Shown here: positions 1-10,700 of the stretch, in pieces
How positions within the stretch are numbered: position 1 is the first letter of the stretch
Layout of the letters: every line of letters begins with the position of its first letter
Assembly: GCA_963749495.1 (NCBI GenBank)
Contig: CAVVMW010000018.1
Location: 320,001 to 384,000, forward strand
Length of the DNA stretch: 64,000 nt
Direction of reading: 5' to 3'
Origin: an uncultured bacterium
Lineage (GTDB): Bacteria; Verrucomicrobiota; Verrucomicrobiia; Limisphaerales; UBA8199
Program-made: the position numbers and the translations under genes
The notes under the pieces: model-generated
The model's input: only the letters and a program-made list of their open reading frames with translations
Database searches by the model: none
What the model was told of the DNA's origin: nothing

Positions 1-342
1 CGCTATCTCCAGCGCCCGCTTGACCGACTCCTGCCCCTTCACGTCGGCAAAATCCATCTCGTCGTCGGGGGCTTGCTCGAAGATGCGGGCCACGTCCACC
101 GTCACGGGGGAGATTTGAAGCTCCCCTTCCAGAAAGCCCACCGCCTCCCGCAGGTTCCGGACCGGGATGACCTGCAGCCCGGAGACCACCGCCGCCTCGG
201 CCGCGTTTTCGGCCGGAACCATCAGCCCGCCCGTGCCCTCCTGGCGCGCGCGCAGGGCAATGGGCAGCACCCCATTGACCGGAGGCACCCCGCCGTCCAG
301 GGCCAGTTCACCGAGACAGCAAAAGAACCAACTTGTCCCCCT
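1..342 (-). pseudogene. comM: 5'-truncated ComM/YifB family Mg-chelatase-like AAA+ ATPase (continues beyond the left window edge)
   Basis: Manual translation: LGELALDGGVPPVNGVLPIAL...VPAENAAEAAVVSGLQVIPVRNLREAVGFLEG...DFADVKGQESVKRALEIA, typical ComM motifs. The frame begins right after the RND TAG (343-345), so roughly the first 100 aa are missing. Not in the ORF track. Confidence 0.85.
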
Positions 343-3300
343 CTATACTTCCAGGCGGTCTCCGGAACGCGCGACCAGGAGATAGAGCGCCGGCATGAGG
401 AAAATGCTGATCAAGAGCCGCGAGAACAAGCCGCTGACGATGACCAGCGCAAAAGGCCGCTGCGAATCGGTGCCCACCCCGGCGGCCAGAGCGGCCGGCA
501 ACAGTCCCAGGGCGGCCACGAGCGCGGTCATCATGATCGGGCGCAGCCGCAGAATCGCGCCCTCCCGCGCAGCTTGCTCGATGCTCGTGCCGCCGCGACG
601 CAGTTGGTTCACGTAAGAGATATAGACGACGGCCGTCTGAACGGAGACCCCGAACAGGGCGAGAAAACCTATGCCCGAGGAAACCGAAAACGGCGTGCGG
701 GTCATCCACAACGCCAGGATCCCGCCGACGGGCGCCGAGAGCAAAACCCCCAGCACGGTGATGAACGGGAATTTCAGGTTGCTATAGAGCGCAAACAGGA
801 TCAGGAAAATCAGGAACAGGGTTAACGGCAGAATGACGTTGAGTTGGCGCCGCGAAGCGGTGTATTCCGTGTATTCGCCGCCCCAATCCGCGCGATAGCC
901 TTCCGGCAACTTCACCTTGGATTCGACCTGCCCCATGGCGTCCTGCACGGCGCCCGCCAGGTCGCGTCCTTCCACCGAGAACTGAACCCCGATGTATCGC
1001 GAGTTGTTCTGGCGGTAAATGAAGGACGCGCCGTTCGCCACCTGGATATCGGCGAATTCCCCAAGGGGAATCTGCTGGCCCCCTGGCGTGGACACCAGAA
1101 TGTTCCGGATTTCCTCCGGGTTGTCCCGGTACTGCTGCTCCAGGCGCACGACCAGGTCGAACTGTTTCTCGCCCTGCACCACCTGGGTCGCCACATCGCC
1201 GCCGATGGCAGCCTGGATCAGGCTGTTGATGTCGGCGACGTTCAACCCGTACCGGGCGATCCTGCCCCGGTTGATTTTGATGGTGAGGCTCGGCTGCCCA
1301 AGCTCCTGGACGAGCGTCACGTCCCGGATGCCGCGCACCTGCTCCAGCACGCGCTTGATGGCCCTGCCCTTCTGCTCCAGCGTGTCCAGATCGGAACCGA
1401 ACACCTTGACGGCCAATGCGCTTTTCAATCCCGTTTCCGCTTCGTCCACGGCGTCTTCCGCCGGCTGGGTGTAGTTGAAGATGATTCCGGGAAACACCTG
1501 GAGCTTTTTGGTGATGGCGTCAATCAGCTCCTGCTTGGTGCGGCAGGGGCCAGTCCACTGCGAATATGGCTTGAGGCCAACGTAAAACTCCACGTTGAAA
1601 AATCCCGTCGGATCGGTGCCGTCGTCGGGCCGGCCGTGCTCCGAGGCCACGACCGTGACCTGCGGAAAAGAGCGCAGAATCTCGCGCACCCGGGGCGCGA
1701 TCTTCCGCGATTCGTCAAAGGAAATGGTGTAGGGCATAGTGGCGCGGACCCAGAGGGCGCCCTCATCCAGGTGCGGCATGAACTCCGCGCCGATGGCGGG
1801 AACGAGCAGCAGTGAACCCAATACCAGAATCGTCGAGGCCAGGGTTGTTCCCCAGGGATGCGCCAGGCAAAAATCGAGTCCTTTGGTGTAAAGGGATTTG
1901 ATGCCATCGAAGACGACATTGCGCCGCTCGCGCGCGCCCTTCCTCATGGCCCAGGAACAGAGCACCGGCAGCAGGGTCAGCGTGACAATCAAGGAGCCGA
2001 CCAGCGCAAAAATCATCGTGTCCGCCATCGGCTTGAACAATTTGCCGGAAGGCCCGGACAGGACGTAGATCGGCAGAAAACCCGCCACGATCACTGCGAC
2101 GGCGTAAAAGATCGGGCGATCAACTTCCGCGGCCGCCGCGGCGATGATTTCCCGGATGTTCAAGGGCTCCCCTCGGCGCGCGGCGACCTGGCGAAAGATG
2201 TTTTCCACCATCACCACGGCGCCGTCCACCAGAATCCCGAAATCGACCGCGCCGATGGACAGCAGGTTGGCCGAGACGCCCTGCACGTTCAGACAGAGGA
2301 AGGCGAACAGCAACGCCAGCGGGATGGCCGTGGCGACAATCAATCCGGCGCGCAAATCATACAAAAAGAACACGAGAACCACGACGACCAGCAGCATGCC
2401 GCGCAACAGGTTGCGCTCGACGGTCTCCGTCGTCAGCGCGATCAAATCGCTGCGGTCGTAAAACGGATGGATCTTGACGTCCTTCGGCAGGACCTTCTCG
2501 TTGAGTTCCTTGGTCTTGGCCTCAACCTGTTTGAGGACATTCTGCGTTTGTTCCCCGGTGCGCATCAAAATGACCCCCTCGACGGCGTCGTCCTGATCCT
2601 GGTAGCCAAACTGGCCCAGGCGCGGTGCATGGCCAATCACCACCTGCGCCACGTCCTTGACCAGGATCGGGATGCCATTGTGGACGGCCAGCACCACGTC
2701 GCCGATGTCCTCCAGCGTCTCCAACCGGCCCAGGCCGCGCACGTAATAGAACTGGCCGCCCTGCGAGTAGAACCCGCCGCCCGCGTTGCCGTTGTTGGCG
2801 GCCAGCGCGCTCTCCACCTGCAGCACCGACAATCCGACCGCCGCGATCTTCACCGGATCCAGCAGCACCTGGTATTGCATGGTTTGTCCGCCCAACCCCG
2901 AGTCGTCCGCCACGCCGGGAACGGATTTGTATTGGCGTTGGACGATCCAATCATCGATCGTTTTCAGCTCCATCGGCGACCGGTCGGGGCTCTGGAGCAC
3001 GTATCGATAGATCAAGCCCGAAGGCGAGAACAGCGGCGACACCGACGGCGTCACGCCGCTGGGCAAGCTGATATCGGGAATCCGGTTGAACACCCGCTGG
3101 CGGGCGTAGTAGTTATCCGTGCCCTCGCGAAACGTGAGGATGACGTCGCACAACCCATACAGCGAAATCGAACGCAGCGTCGTCATGCGCGGGATGCCGT
3201 TCATTTCCACCTCGACGGGCACCGTGATAAGTCGTTCCACTTCCTCGGCCGCGTGTCCAGGCCATTGGGTGATGATCTCGACCATGGGCGGCGACAGATC

Positions 3301-3468
3301 GGGATAGGCATCCACCGACAGACGGTTCAACGACCAGGTGCCAGCGCCGGTCAGCACCAGCGTCATGAGCATGACCAGAAAGCGCTGCCGCAGCGAGGAG
3401 GCCACGATCCGGTGGATGACCGGGGCCGTTCGCGGCTCCGGCTCGGGTGAGAGCAGAGTGTCGCTCAT
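343..3468 (-). CDS. CusA/CzcA family heavy-metal efflux RND transporter
   Basis: 1041 aa; VDAYPDLS, AEEVERLITVPVE, ANLLSIGAVDFGILVDGAVVMVEN, EFMPHLDEG, RLRPIMMTALVAALGLLP motifs. Confidence 0.93.
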   Translation of the reverse strand: MSDTLLSPEPEPRTAPVIHRIVASSLRQRFLVMLMTLVLTGAGTWSLNRLSVDAYPDLSPPMVEIITQWPGHAAEEVERLITVPVEVEMNGIPRMTTLRSISLYGLCDVILTFREGTDNYYARQRVFNRIPDISLPSGVTPSVSPLFSPSGLIYRYVLQSPDRSPMELKTIDDWIVQRQYKSVPGVADDSGLGGQTMQYQVLLDPVKIAAVGLSVLQVESALAANNGNAGGGFYSQGGQFYYVRGLGRLETLEDIGDVVLAVHNGIPILVKDVAQVVIGHAPRLGQFGYQDQDDAVEGVILMRTGEQTQNVLKQVEAKTKELNEKVLPKDVKIHPFYDRSDLIALTTETVERNLLRGMLLVVVVLVFFLYDLRAGLIVATAIPLALLFAFLCLNVQGVSANLLSIGAVDFGILVDGAVVMVENIFRQVAARRGEPLNIREIIAAAAAEVDRPIFYAVAVIVAGFLPIYVLSGPSGKLFKPMADTMIFALVGSLIVTLTLLPVLCSWAMRKGARERRNVVFDGIKSLYTKGLDFCLAHPWGTTLASTILVLGSLLLVPAIGAEFMPHLDEGALWVRATMPYTISFDESRKIAPRVREILRSFPQVTVVASEHGRPDDGTDPTGFFNVEFYVGLKPYSQWTGPCRTKQELIDAITKKLQVFPGIIFNYTQPAEDAVDEAETGLKSALAVKVFGSDLDTLEQKGRAIKRVLEQVRGIRDVTLVQELGQPSLTIKINRGRIARYGLNVADINSLIQAAIGGDVATQVVQGEKQFDLVVRLEQQYRDNPEEIRNILVSTPGGQQIPLGEFADIQVANGASFIYRQNNSRYIGVQFSVEGRDLAGAVQDAMGQVESKVKLPEGYRADWGGEYTEYTASRRQLNVILPLTLFLIFLILFALYSNLKFPFITVLGVLLSAPVGGILALWMTRTPFSVSSGIGFLALFGVSVQTAVVYISYVNQLRRGGTSIEQAAREGAILRLRPIMMTALVAALGLLPAALAAGVGTDSQRPFALVIVSGLFSRLLISIFLMPALYLLVARSGDRLEV

Positions 3469-4601
3469 TGATTTTGCAGGAATTGAACGAAGAGCCCGCC
3501 TTCCACCACAATCCGGCCGCCGGCGTTGAGGCCGGAGGGGATGTCATACCGATCCCCTTCGCGATAGCCCAGCGTCACGCGCTGCCGCCCAAAGCTGCCG
3601 TCGGGCTGCGCGACATAAACGAACGGCAGGTTTTCTTCGTCGCGCAGAATCCCCGAAACCGGCACCAGCAGCCCGGCGCTTTCCTTGCGCGAATGAATCA
3701 GCACGCGGACGTACGTCTGTTTCTTCAGAAGGCCGCCCGGATTTTCGACAACCACGCGAACTGCCACGGAGCGTGTGTCCGGATCTACCAGAGCCGAAAT
3801 GTTGCCCACGGTCCCGGAGAAGTGTTCCGAGGCCGTGCCCGTCAGCACCTCGGCCGGGTCGCCGATGCTGACCGAACCAAGGTCCGGGCCGAAAAGGTGT
3901 GCCATCACCCAGACTCGGGAGAGATCGGCGACCGTGAAACACGGCGTGATGCCCGCCTGCAAAAGCTCTCCGGGCGTGATGGGCCGTTCCACCACGGTCC
4001 CGGCGATCGGGGAGCGAATCATGCCCGGGACGCGCGAAATCGGCTTTCCTTCTTGGATGGCTTTGATGGTCTCAGGAGCCACTTTGAGCGAAACGAGTTG
4101 TTGAAGGGCGGTCTCCCTATCGGCTTCAGCGTTGGCGGCATCAATTCTGGCCTGTTCGGCTTCGCGCAGGCTGATGCCGTGATGCTCGATTAGTTGCTGG
4201 TCCATTTCGGCAAGTTGGCGGGTGATTCTGGCTGTCGCGAGTGCCTTGCGATAAGCGCTGATGGCTGAGGCGAAGTCCGGTGAGTCAACCTCCGCCAACG
4301 CCTGGCCCGCTTCAACCCGCTCGCCCAGGGACACCAGCAGCCGTGATGCGGGGCCGGACATCGGCGCCAGGATCGTTGTGGCCTGGTCGTTGTCGAAATC
4401 AACCGTGCCCGTAGTCTCCACGGTTTTGTGGAACTTGGAAGGCTCAACGGTATAGAGATGAATATTCTGACGCTGAGCTGCTGTCAGCGTTACGTTGCTG
4501 GCCGTGATGGAGGACGTTGCGGGGCTGCTGCCGGTTTGGGAGGAACAGCCCGCGAGCAGGCAGGCCCCGAACGCGGCGCAAATAACGTTTTTCATGATCA
4601 A
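3465..4601 (-). CDS. Efflux RND periplasmic adaptor subunit (CzcB/CusB-like lipoprotein)
   Basis: Lipobox LLAGC; lipoyl/hairpin pattern IRSPIAGTVVER, FTVADLSRVWV, VDPDTRS; 4-nt overlaps with both neighbours. Confidence 0.92.
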   Translation of the reverse strand: MIMKNVICAAFGACLLAGCSSQTGSSPATSSITASNVTLTAAQRQNIHLYTVEPSKFHKTVETTGTVDFDNDQATTILAPMSGPASRLLVSLGERVEAGQALAEVDSPDFASAISAYRKALATARITRQLAEMDQQLIEHHGISLREAEQARIDAANAEADRETALQQLVSLKVAPETIKAIQEGKPISRVPGMIRSPIAGTVVERPITPGELLQAGITPCFTVADLSRVWVMAHLFGPDLGSVSIGDPAEVLTGTASEHFSGTVGNISALVDPDTRSVAVRVVVENPGGLLKKQTYVRVLIHSRKESAGLLVPVSGILRDEENLPFVYVAQPDGSFGRQRVTLGYREGDRYDIPSGLNAGGRIVVEGGLFVQFLQNQ

Positions 4602-6082
4602 TTATGTTTCAGTTCCGCGCGGTTCCACCATCCGCCGCCCAGGGCCTGAAATAACGCCGCCGTATCGGCGAAACGATTGGCCTGGGCCTGCACGAGGTTG
4701 ATCCGGGCTTGCTGATAAGTTTGTTCCGCGTTCAAGAGAGCAAGGTAACCGGCATAGCCGACCCGCTCTTGTTGCCGGCAAAGATCCAGCGTCACCCTCG
4801 CGGAATCGGCGGCAGCAGCGGCGGTGTTCAGCGCGGCGGCGTCCTGTTCGAGCGCGTTCAATGTGTCCGCGACATTCTGGCAGGCGGTGAGAACCGTGCT
4901 GCGATATTGTTGGGCCGCCTGAACGTAGGCGGCCTTGGCGGCCCGCTCCAGGTGGAGCAGCGCGCCACCCTGAAAAATGGGTTGCGTCAGTGTGGCGCCC
5001 ACCCCCCAAAACCCGGTGCCGGACGTGAACACCCGGTCGAGCGCCAGTGCCGTGCTGCCGGCGTCGGCCGTGAGGGTTATATTCGGCAGCCGGTTCGCGA
5101 TGGCGATTCCGATCTGGGCGCTCGCGGCGTGCAGGTTCGCCTCGGCTTGAAGAACATCCGGGCGCTGCTCCACGAGCGTTGACGGCAGGCTCACCGGCAC
5201 TTGTTCCGGCAATTGCAGGCTGTGAAGCTCGAATGTTTCGCCGTGCTGGCGGCTCGGGAAATCGCCGGCCAGAACCGCCAGAAGGTCGCGTTGCTGGGCC
5301 AATTGCTTGAGCAATGGCGGGAGCGTGGCGGTGACCTGCGCCAGTTGCGATTCCTGCGCGGCGACATCGAGCCCGCTGGCAGAACCCTTCTCCAATTGGT
5401 ATCGCACGATTTCAACCATGTTGGAGCCGATGCCGATGAGCTGGCGTGTCGTCTCAATCTGCGCCCGCAACGACGCCTCCTGGACCGCCGCGACAACGAC
5501 ATTGGCGCTCAGCGTGAGATATGTCGCGATCATTTGAAAACGCACCCCTTGTTCCTGCGCTTTCGAGGACTCGACCGTTCGGCGGGTCAGGCCGAAAACA
5601 TCGGGCACGTACGAAACGCTGACCTGGGGAGTGAAAAGATCATATTGAAACACATTGGCGTTCGGCGTGGGCGCGATTAAGTCGGACTGCCTCTGGCGGC
5701 TCGCCGAGAATGCTCCGGCGATACTTGGATAATACTCGCCCCGGTGAGCCAGCACGTTTTCTCGCGCCACCACCAACGCCGCTTGCGCCGCCTTGAGGTC
5801 GGGATTGTTGGTGAGCGAGCGCTCAATCAAATCGTTGAGCGGCTTCGAGTGAAACAAGGCCCACCACTTTCCCGGTATTTCCAGCCCTTCAACAAACCGT
5901 TGTGCTTCCCCTCCGGCGATGTTTGGGGTGCTGGAGGTGGTCTTGAGCGGGCGGGCGGCATAACTGTTGACCGGCGGAGCGGCAGGACGCTTGAAGTCCG
6001 GTCCCACCGCGCAACCGGCCAGAAGCGACAAAGCCAGGATTCGCGCCCAACCGACAACGTGTGACTTACAAATTGGCCTCAT
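4598..6082 (-). CDS. Efflux outer membrane lipoprotein, NodT/OprM family
   Basis: LLAGCAVGPDFKRP lipoprotein start, WWALF, PSTLVEQRPDVLQAE, LFQALGGGW end. Confidence 0.93.
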   Translation of the reverse strand: MRPICKSHVVGWARILALSLLAGCAVGPDFKRPAAPPVNSYAARPLKTTSSTPNIAGGEAQRFVEGLEIPGKWWALFHSKPLNDLIERSLTNNPDLKAAQAALVVARENVLAHRGEYYPSIAGAFSASRQRQSDLIAPTPNANVFQYDLFTPQVSVSYVPDVFGLTRRTVESSKAQEQGVRFQMIATYLTLSANVVVAAVQEASLRAQIETTRQLIGIGSNMVEIVRYQLEKGSASGLDVAAQESQLAQVTATLPPLLKQLAQQRDLLAVLAGDFPSRQHGETFELHSLQLPEQVPVSLPSTLVEQRPDVLQAEANLHAASAQIGIAIANRLPNITLTADAGSTALALDRVFTSGTGFWGVGATLTQPIFQGGALLHLERAAKAAYVQAAQQYRSTVLTACQNVADTLNALEQDAAALNTAAAAADSARVTLDLCRQQERVGYAGYLALLNAEQTYQQARINLVQAQANRFADTAALFQALGGGWWNRAELKHN

Positions 6083-6129
6083 ACTGGTCAGAACCCATCA
6101 TCGAGAAGTTCCCGGCCTGGCGAGCTCCG

Positions 6130-6414
6130 CTAACTGACGGGCACCAGGGAAACCCTCTCGCCCTTGTCGTTGCGGGTGATCCCTTGCGCATGCGGATCGA
6201 GAGACAAAACGCCGTCCACCAGGAAAGCATAGCGGTGATGGCCGTGCTTCAGCTCCACGTTGAGCAGCCAGGAACGGTCCGGCATCTGTTTCATGGGATG
6301 GGCCGTTGGGTTCCATTGGTTGAAGTCCCCCACCAGACTCACCGATTGCGCCTGAGTTGCGCGGCACACGAAATTAACCGGCCGCAGGTTTTGGTGGTAC
6401 AACATCCGGTTCAT
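6130..6414 (-). CDS. Glycogen-binding CBM48 (isoamylase early-set) domain protein
   Basis: 94 aa; VSLVGDFNQWNP..HPM...W...L..G.HRYAFLVDG...LDP. Confidence 0.85.
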   Translation of the reverse strand: MNRMLYHQNLRPVNFVCRATQAQSVSLVGDFNQWNPTAHPMKQMPDRSWLLNVELKHGHHRYAFLVDGVLSLDPHAQGITRNDKGERVSLVPVS

Positions 6415-6418
6415 GGCG

Positions 6419-7372
6419 TTATCCCAGCATGTTCTCCAGCACGATTAACGCACCGCGCCGAACCGGCTCCGAGCGCAACGCCAGCGCATAGTACTTCTGA
6501 ATCCACCCGGGCTGAGCGGCGTTGCGTTCCCGCCAGACCGCCTTGAGAACGCGTTCCGTGCGCTCCACTTGCTGCATCGCCGAGGCGAAGGATTCCCGCC
6601 CCTCGGGCAGGTCGGAAATGTCGCCGACGAAAAAGCGGGTGATGCGTTTGCGGGCGAACACGGCCTGCAAGAGCATCACGACCGTCTGTTCGTAAGGATA
6701 CCAGCGGCGGGCCAGCACCTCGGCCAGAAAGGCGTGGCGCACCGCAAAAAACTCAGACCGCGGCCGCTCGGTAAACTGGCGAATCTCCTGCGCCTCCGCC
6801 GGAAACCAGTTGTATAGCAGCGCAAAAGTCCCGTAGGTGTCGATGAGTTGTTTGGGGTTGTTGTGGTCCGTCGCGATCTCGCCGATGCAGAGGTCCTGGT
6901 CCAGTTCCAAGATGATCTCCGGCAGGTCGTGCAAGCGGCCCAACACCTCTTGACCGACAGCCGTGCCGTAGTTGAAGTCGCCTGGGATGAGCCAATAGAC
7001 ATCTCCGGGCCCGCCCTGTTCGAAGGCCATCCCCAGCCCCGTGTACCACATCTGACACGTATCCACGCACCACGCGTCCAGCACCTCGGAGTAACGGGCG
7101 ACGGTCCCTTGCTTGAAAGCCAGAAAGGCCTCGTCGTGCGCCATGCGGTAATGCGTCTTGCGATCCATCACCGTGATTGGCCGGGCGTAAGTGCTTTTCT
7201 CAGCGTCGAGCCGCGCGACCAGTTGGTACAACGCTTGCAGGTCGGCGTAGTCCCCCGGCTGGCTGAAGGGGTAAATGACCACCGGGTGAATGAGCCCGTG
7301 GCGGCTGGAGCCGGATTTCCTGGCCGCCGTGGCCGCTTTCTCCCGTTGAGTGCGCGCCGCAGTTTTCCTCAT
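6419..7372 (-). CDS. Hypothetical protein, possible remote GT-A glycosyltransferase
   Basis: 317 aa with globular composition; GDVYWLIPGDF, ERPRSEFFAVRHAFL and YPYEQTVVMLLQA loosely resemble GpgS/GT-A motifs. Confidence 0.6.
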   Translation of the reverse strand: MRKTAARTQREKAATAARKSGSSRHGLIHPVVIYPFSQPGDYADLQALYQLVARLDAEKSTYARPITVMDRKTHYRMAHDEAFLAFKQGTVARYSEVLDAWCVDTCQMWYTGLGMAFEQGGPGDVYWLIPGDFNYGTAVGQEVLGRLHDLPEIILELDQDLCIGEIATDHNNPKQLIDTYGTFALLYNWFPAEAQEIRQFTERPRSEFFAVRHAFLAEVLARRWYPYEQTVVMLLQAVFARKRITRFFVGDISDLPEGRESFASAMQQVERTERVLKAVWRERNAAQPGWIQKYYALALRSEPVRRGALIVLENMLG

Positions 7373-7652
7373 AGGCTGATGGCGGGGTGAGCGGGGACGG
7401 GGCGCTCTGGCCTTGGAGCAGGCTGTCCTCCGGAAATCGCCAGAACGTAACTTAAGGCTTTGGCCGCGTCCCCGCAGGGGTGCATGACTGGACCCTACGC
7501 CGGCCCTGCCCGCTCGGCAACAACAAAGCCGCCAGCCACGAGCGCAGCCCTACCGTGAGGGCATGCCGGGGCGGACGCGGCCGGGGGCATTCTTGGGAGC
7601 GGAAACGCGCAATTCAGGTTAGTCCAGCTTCCTTTTTTTGTTTCATTCTGGC

Positions 7653-7682
7653 TTGACTGACCGCCACTGACGAACCTAATCT
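7653..7682 (+). promoter_or_regulatory. Possible sigma70-type promoter for the giant gene
   Basis: TTGACT-N18-TAATCT after a T-rich tract, about 80 nt upstream of GTG 7763. Confidence 0.3.
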
Positions 7683-7738
7683 CCGCGCTATTCGGCATAT
7701 CCCGCATTGGCGGGGTCGGCATAAAGGGCGGCAGGTCG

Positions 7739-10700
7739 TTGGCAGCAAAATCAGTTGGCGCAGTGAGCGGAAACAACTCTAATTTCGAGTTTGAATTGCT
7801 CGCCCTTGAGCCGAGGGTGATGCTTTCCGCGGCCCTGGCCGGAGGCGTGGCAGGGGCGTGTCATGCCGCACACGCTGGGAATTGGCTCCAGCCTATCGAG
7901 GAGGTCCGTGTGGCTGCGGGTCCGGAGATTACCAGTGCCCCGGCGGCGGAGGGCGCCTCGGGCAGAATCAGCATTTTGGAGGGGTTGATGGAAGCGACCG
8001 CCGCCACTTCTTCGACCCCAGCCACCCCTTCGCCGGAGGCTCCCGCAAGTTCACCGGGGAGCGCTGACAAGGGCGAAGCAAGCGGCACAACGCAAGCCGC
8101 AGCGAGAGTGACACCTCCCCCTTCAGCCGCGCCAATCGCGGCCGGCAATTCAGAGGCTCATCTCCAGCTTCCCGGCACTGCGGCGCCGGGATCGAATGGG
8201 CCACAAGCGGCGCAGCTCACTCAAACCCTGCGGGGCGCGAATGGCCCGCCCGAGCCCATGGACCTGGGTGAGGTGTTTAACGTAACATATTCGGGTTCAG
8301 CAGCTTCCGTATTCAAGACGGAAGGAGGGGCGGTGAGTTTAGTCCTCGATAGCCCCGGTCAAGGCCAATTACGCATAAGCGGTTCTCTTAATGGAACACC
8401 CTTTGGCCCCATTACTCTAAAGGGTGTGCTGAGTGTCATCCTGGACACCAGCCAGCCTGACGGCGGCAGTTCCGGGGATACGATCGTGCTCAAGGATTTG
8501 CGCGGCAGTGGAGTCCAGGCACTGAGGATTCGGACCGGCCCTGGGGACAACCAACTGATTCTTGATGGTGTCGAGGCGGGGACTACGGACGGTGCGATGA
8601 GAGTTGACTGGGACGCCGGCAGCGGAGCCAACACGCTGTGGGGTCCGCAGGGGGATACCACCTGGACTGTGACCGGCAAGAACAGCGGTTCTGCGGCGGG
8701 GGTTGGTTTTCAAGGAGTCGAGTTTCTCAAAGGCGCGGCCAATAATCGGGATACGTTCGTCTTCGCGCCGGGCGGCAGCATCAGTGGATGGATCGATGGA
8801 GGTGACGGGGGATTTGACAGTCTGGTCATCCAGGGTGGGGATCTGGGCAGTGTGCAATTCCTCGGGGCGGGGCCCCATTCGGGGACAGTCATTCTCGACG
8901 GGAACCCCATCCGCTATTTTGGCCTGGAGCCTATCACGCTCACGGGCTCGGGCAGCCCGGACGTGACGGTCACCGGTTCCGACGCCAACGACCAACTGGT
9001 CCTGGAAGCCGACCCGAGCCACGCAGGTTCACTGCGTGTCCGCAGCCTGAATGGAACCATCGAGAGTGTGAGTTTCCCGGACCCGTCCAATTCGTTGACG
9101 ATTAACCTGGGCAACGGCAATGACACCCTGGCCATCAATGCGCTGGACCCGGGTTTCGGCGGTTCGTTGACCGTAAAGGGCGGCAGCGGGGTGGACGAGA
9201 TCGATATCAGCCAAAACGTCCAACTGAAGCTCCCTGGGCACAGTTTGAGCCTTAGCGCCCAAACGATACGGGTGAATACCGGGGTTACCATCAACACCAC
9301 CAAGGCCGGCGGCAATGGGACAATCAGTCTCACCGCGGTTGACACCCAGACCGGGACCAACGGGTCGGCCAACACGCTGATTCAAATCACCGGAGCGACC
9401 ATCACCGGTGGCGATATTACCATCAGCGCCTCGTCCACCGAGACGCCGAGCGCGACGGGTAGCGCGCTGGAGCTGATCAACGCGCAATCGCATGCCCAGG
9501 TTTCCATCAACAACGCCTCGCACGTTACCAGCAGCGGGAAGGTGACTGTCACGGCTGCTTCGACGGTTACGGCCACGGCGACCGCCCAGGTCGGTTCCGG
9601 GGGCAGCACCAGCGTGGATGCCGCTGTCGCAAACTCGACTCTCACCAGTTCAGCCATTGCGCACGTGGCCGGGTCGCTGGCGGTGACGGGGACCTTGGGG
9701 ATTTGGGCCACCAACACCGTCACGGTGACTACGAGCGCCGATGGCTCTCAGGGGGGAAGCGGGGCCATGGGAGGGGTCATTTGCACCGCCAGCGTCACGA
9801 GCGTGACCCAGGCCTACATCAATGGCAACGGGCCAATCTCGGCTTCGGCCATCACCGTCTCGGCCACCTCGAACAACAATGTCCCCACCAGCGTCAAATC
9901 CACAGCCAACGGGGCCTCCCAGAATAGCGCCGGCGACGACCCCAGCACCAAGACCCAGGGTAATGCCCAAACCAGTGATGGGACTATTGGCGTTGCTGCC
10001 GCACTGGCGTTCACCAGCCTGTCTAGCCAGACCCAGGCCTACGTGGCCCCCGGCGGGGCTACCATCACCGCCGGCAGCCTGAAGATCAGCTCCAATTCAA
10101 CCGACGTTACCTCCGCCTCCGCGGACGGGAGCTCCACCCAAAGCTCCTCTGGCTCCTCCGGCTCCTCTGGCAGCCCAGGGTTTGGCGTAGCCGTGGCCGT
10201 CAATCTGGACAACGTCCTGGATGAGGCCTATATCGGCGGAACGGTCACGCTGGCGGTGCCCAGCACGACCGTCGAGGCGATCAAGCCGTCAGCATCAAGC
10301 TTTACCGCCTCGGCCATCTCGGGCGCCGGCGCGGGCGGCAGCACCACCTTTGCGGGCGCCTTTGCCTTCATCAAGGCGACCGACCAGACGGATGCCGTGA
10401 TCAAGTCGGGGGCCAACGTAACCGCCACCGGCGGGGGCGGCCTGACGTTCACCGCCACCAACCTGGTGAGTTCCTCGACCACAGCCAAGCCGGCGCAAGC
10501 CGGCCAGGCCGGTTGCGGGATTGGCGCTTCGGTGGCGCTGACCATCAATGACATCACGACGCGGGCGGAGGTGGAAGACACGGCGGTGCTCTCCGGGGCC
10601 AAGGACCTATCACTGGCGGCGACGCTCACGCCGACCGTGCTCACGGACGCGGAGGCCGGCGCGGGCGGCACCGGCACGACTGTTGGCGGGGCGGCGGCGC

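Noticed and set aside
73..3450. Plus-strand ORFs 73..825, 844..1815 and 1858..3450
   Set aside because: Antisense shadows of the RND gene caused by GC-rich codon bias; no family motifs
1..3468. Stop-codon readthrough fusion of RND and ComM (same frame across TAG 343-345)
   Set aside because: One-in-three chance coincidence; the RND protein ends at its normal length and no recoding signal is evident
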